DNA of 64,000 bases from Lama guanicoe (Eukaryota): the NCBI GenBank assembly GCA_013239625.1, contig MU057069.1, positions 1,918,018 through 1,982,017 on the forward strand, read 5' to 3'. The position numbers were made by a program, and so were the translations under genes. Below, piece after piece: positions 61,150 to 64,000 of the stretch (its first letter is position 1; the number at the start of each line of letters is the position of its first letter). The notes under the pieces are model-generated. The model was not told the origin of the DNA and did not search any database. It worked only from the letters and a program-made list of their open reading frames with translations.

Positions 61150-63390
61150 TGCTGATAAAACCCTAATAAAAATGAGAATTTTTTTCAAAGGTATGAACTC
61201 CCAAAGACAGAAAAAAAAAAAACTGGAGAGGAGATGTAGGATTAAAACCAGCAGCAGATGTGGGATATTAAATAAATTTTGAAACATAGGAAGTGGCTGT
61301 GTATGCACGGAGACTGACCAACCAAAGCAGAGAGGGCTTCCAGAGGGAAACCAGGAGGAGCTGACGCTGTCCCGAACACCAGCAAGCTCAGGGCCTAGAG
61401 GCCCCAGGCACCTCTGACTAAGGAGGCAAGGCCCGGAACAGGAGGCCTGCTCAGCAACCTGCTCAGGGATCAGTCAGACCCTGGGGCCGGGCCCCCGCCA
61501 GCAGCAACCAGCAGGTGTTCTCTGAAAAGGTCTGGATTCAGGGCAGGGGGCAGTGCAGGGCGTGGAAAACTCCATGGAAGTCTGCACCCTCGAAGTTGAG
61601 GTCTCCCCGGTGCCAAGTCCTGCTGCTGCCCCCCGAGACTGGAGCTGAGAGGACCGGACCTGGGGAGAACAGCCAGCCCCGGAGGAAGACCTCCTGAAGC
61701 GGCGTTCTCCACAGGCTGAGATGAGCAGCCCTCCGTCTGGGGGCTCGCCAGGTGCCCGCCTGACTGTTCTTCTGAGGGGAGGCCGGCCAGTCACCCCCAC
61801 ATACACCCTGCACACACAGTCTTGTTCTTGCATACAGACGTACAGCCCAGAGTCACCACTCGTCTGAGAAAGCCCAAGACCAAAACAGGCAGAAAGGAAA
61901 CTGAGAGGAAAGCAGGTCAGGCCAGACATAGAACAGACTTTCAAAGTAACTGAAATTATAAGAGAACATACTGCATCCAAGAAACATGAATAAGGTGTTA
62001 TAAAAAAGGGATACAGAGGAAATAAAAATTGAGCCCTAAAAAACTAAAAATATGATGGCTGACATAAGAACCAGAACAAAAACAAGAAAACAGAATAGCT
62101 GGAATCAGAAACAGAGGGGTTTAAGGCAAGGTTAACTAAATCTCAGGCATGACACAGCAATGTAAAAAGACAACAAAATTTGAGAGTGTCTGAAAGAACC
62201 AATAGGAACTCTAAACATGCAGACCAGGGGAAATGGGGCAAAGGAAACTACCAGATTTAAAACCACAACAACACTTTCTGGACCAGAAGGACAGAGCTTT
62301 CCTCACTGGGAGGCCACAGGCTTTGGGCTCAGTGAAAGAGAACAGGTCCACACCAGCCAACACATAACTTCGTGAAATTTTAGAATTCAAGGGACAATGA
62401 GAAGCTCCTAAAAAGTTTTCAGAAAGAAAATCCCATTTATTTACAAAGGATCAGGAACCGGATCCTTTGCACATGAACTTCTCCACAGCAAAGGAAGAAA
62501 TTAAAGACAAAGAACAGCACCTTCAAAATTCCAAGTGCAAATGACTTCCAGCCTGACCTACAGCCAGTCCTGCCACCAACGGAGAGCGTGAACAGGAAAG
62601 GCGCTTTTAGACATGCGAGGTCTCAAGACCTTTTTCTTGCCTTGAGCCTTTCTCCAGAGGCTTCACCAAATGGAGAATAAGCCAAATAAGAAGAGCTCAA
62701 CCTAAGGAACTCAGAAGCAGGAGGAGGAGCTCCCCGACGGAGAGCTAAGTAGCAGGCCTGGAGAGGGGCCAGTCCAAGTGGAACAAGAGGACAGACGTCT
62801 CCACGAGGGACGTTACCGTGAAAAGAAAGAATCACTGACCTGGGGACCTGCTCACACTTGGAGGAGCTTTACAGTTCTGTCAGGAAGTTGAGAGTTCAGG
62901 AAGGTTAGTTAAATATAAATCAAACAAATGAAGGGTGAGGGCAATTATTAACTGCAAGAGAAACAACGTGAGAGGAGACAGAATCACGGTGTGCCCCACA
63001 GCTTGAGTGTGTACATTTTTCACAGGGTCGTAATAATTCAAACCCGGCTGACGTCAGCCTCACGCTTACCGGTGCTGGCAGGACGGAGGGGGATGAGGGG
63101 GTGGGAGAGCACAGGCACCTGCACACATACGAGGTGGGGGGACACACAAAATCAACAGATAACACCTTCCCAAACCTCAGGAAACAGCTGTATAAACGCG
63201 CTGTTTACAAACACAGAGGTGAGTACCAAAATCCTCCAGCTACAAGAACAGTAAACGGCCTCCTGTGGAAACAGATGGCAGGGTCAGGAGGACCGGGAGG
63301 CTGGTGCGCTCTAGCGTACTACAAGTGTCGTGCTTACATTTTTAACTTTTTAAACTACATACATGTATTATATATATGCCTTTCAAATGG
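61150..63390 (+). mobile_element. HAL1-like / ancient L1 ORF1-region remnant
   Basis: A-rich; gtgaaattttagaattcaagggacaatgagaagctcctaaaa, tacaaaggatcaggaacc, gcaccttcaaaattc and ttttagacatgcgaggtctcaa match recalled HAL1. Boundaries are approximate. Confidence 0.65.
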
Positions 63391-64000
63391 TTTCATGTAC
63401 ATCAGGGTAGAGAGATCACAGGGGAAATACGAGCTACAAGAAAGAAGGATGAAGGACCCTTCAAAACACTGCCCACTGTCACCGACAAGCCTAGACAGAC
63501 CTCCCACCGTCCCAGAGACTGACCCCCGGGGTCTTCAGAGGGAAGTCGAGAGCGGTCTGTGAAGGAACAGGCACACAGGCTGGCCAGCCCTTCAGAAGAA
63601 GCCAGCATGTGGCACAGGGAGGTGGCCTTCCTTCAGACCTGCCACCGCTGTCTCTGAGGTCCCACCAGTACAGTCATGCCCTGGTTTCAAGGAGCCCTCC
63701 CCCTAGAAAGAGCAGCCTCTCCCTTCCCTGCCGAAGACACAGTCTTCTGAAAAGTGCTGTGGGGGCGGGCGGGCAGGAGAGGCAAAGGCACCAACATACA
63801 TGAACACCCTCAGTGGACTGACGCATGGATGCTTAGTGCTGCCCACGTCCCTGCAAAGTCCAAAGTAAACGCCAGGCCAGGCAGGGAGTGCTGGGCGTGT
63901 GACAGGGGTCCTGAGTGGGCCGAGTGAGGGTCCCGAGAAGATGGTGCCCTACAGACTCAGCAGCCTGGTGTCGGGCGGCCTGGCCCCGCGGGGGAGCGTG

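Noticed and set aside
41683-64000. Search for MPRIP exons 1-3 (MSAAKENPC..., AKPIYGGWL..., KWQRRFFILYEHG...) or a nested gene
   Set aside because: None were found. They presumably lie beyond position 64000.

Overview
This window is GC-rich eutherian mammalian genomic DNA lying inside one gene on the minus strand, MPRIP (myosin phosphatase Rho-interacting protein, p116Rip/M-RIP). I traced 18 canonical coding exons between 41682 and 13. All have GT-AG boundaries with consistent phases, totalling 2656 nt, and they run from the C-terminal half of PH domain 1 through PH domain 2 to the C-terminal coiled coil. The first three exons and the last exons lie outside the window. Exon numbers follow my recollection of the human gene structure. 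Two in-frame optional segments are present: a 354-nt extension of exon 7 through an alternative donor, and a giant 3741-nt phase 0/0 exon (7185-10925, 1247 aa). With both, the in-window CDS is 6751 nt. The introns hold only ancient repeats (Charlie1a-like, L1M, HAL1-like, MLT1A-like, MIR, L2), several of which look strongly shifted from AT to GC. There is a 28-N gap. The main leads are: (1) an A-B-B-A-B helical repeat module and a PP1 RVxF-type motif inside the giant exon; (2) a perfect TACTAAC branch point/QKI motif plus a weak donor around that exon; (3) a candidate internal promoter (TATA, GC box, TEAD, MEF2) with in-frame alternative first exons at about 58.6-59.4 kb; (4) a TRIOBP-like motif in the exon 7 extension. 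No prokaryotic-type systems (CRISPR, operons, IS elements), rRNA or tRNA were seen. Comparisons to human proteins and repeat consensi are from memory and need verification.
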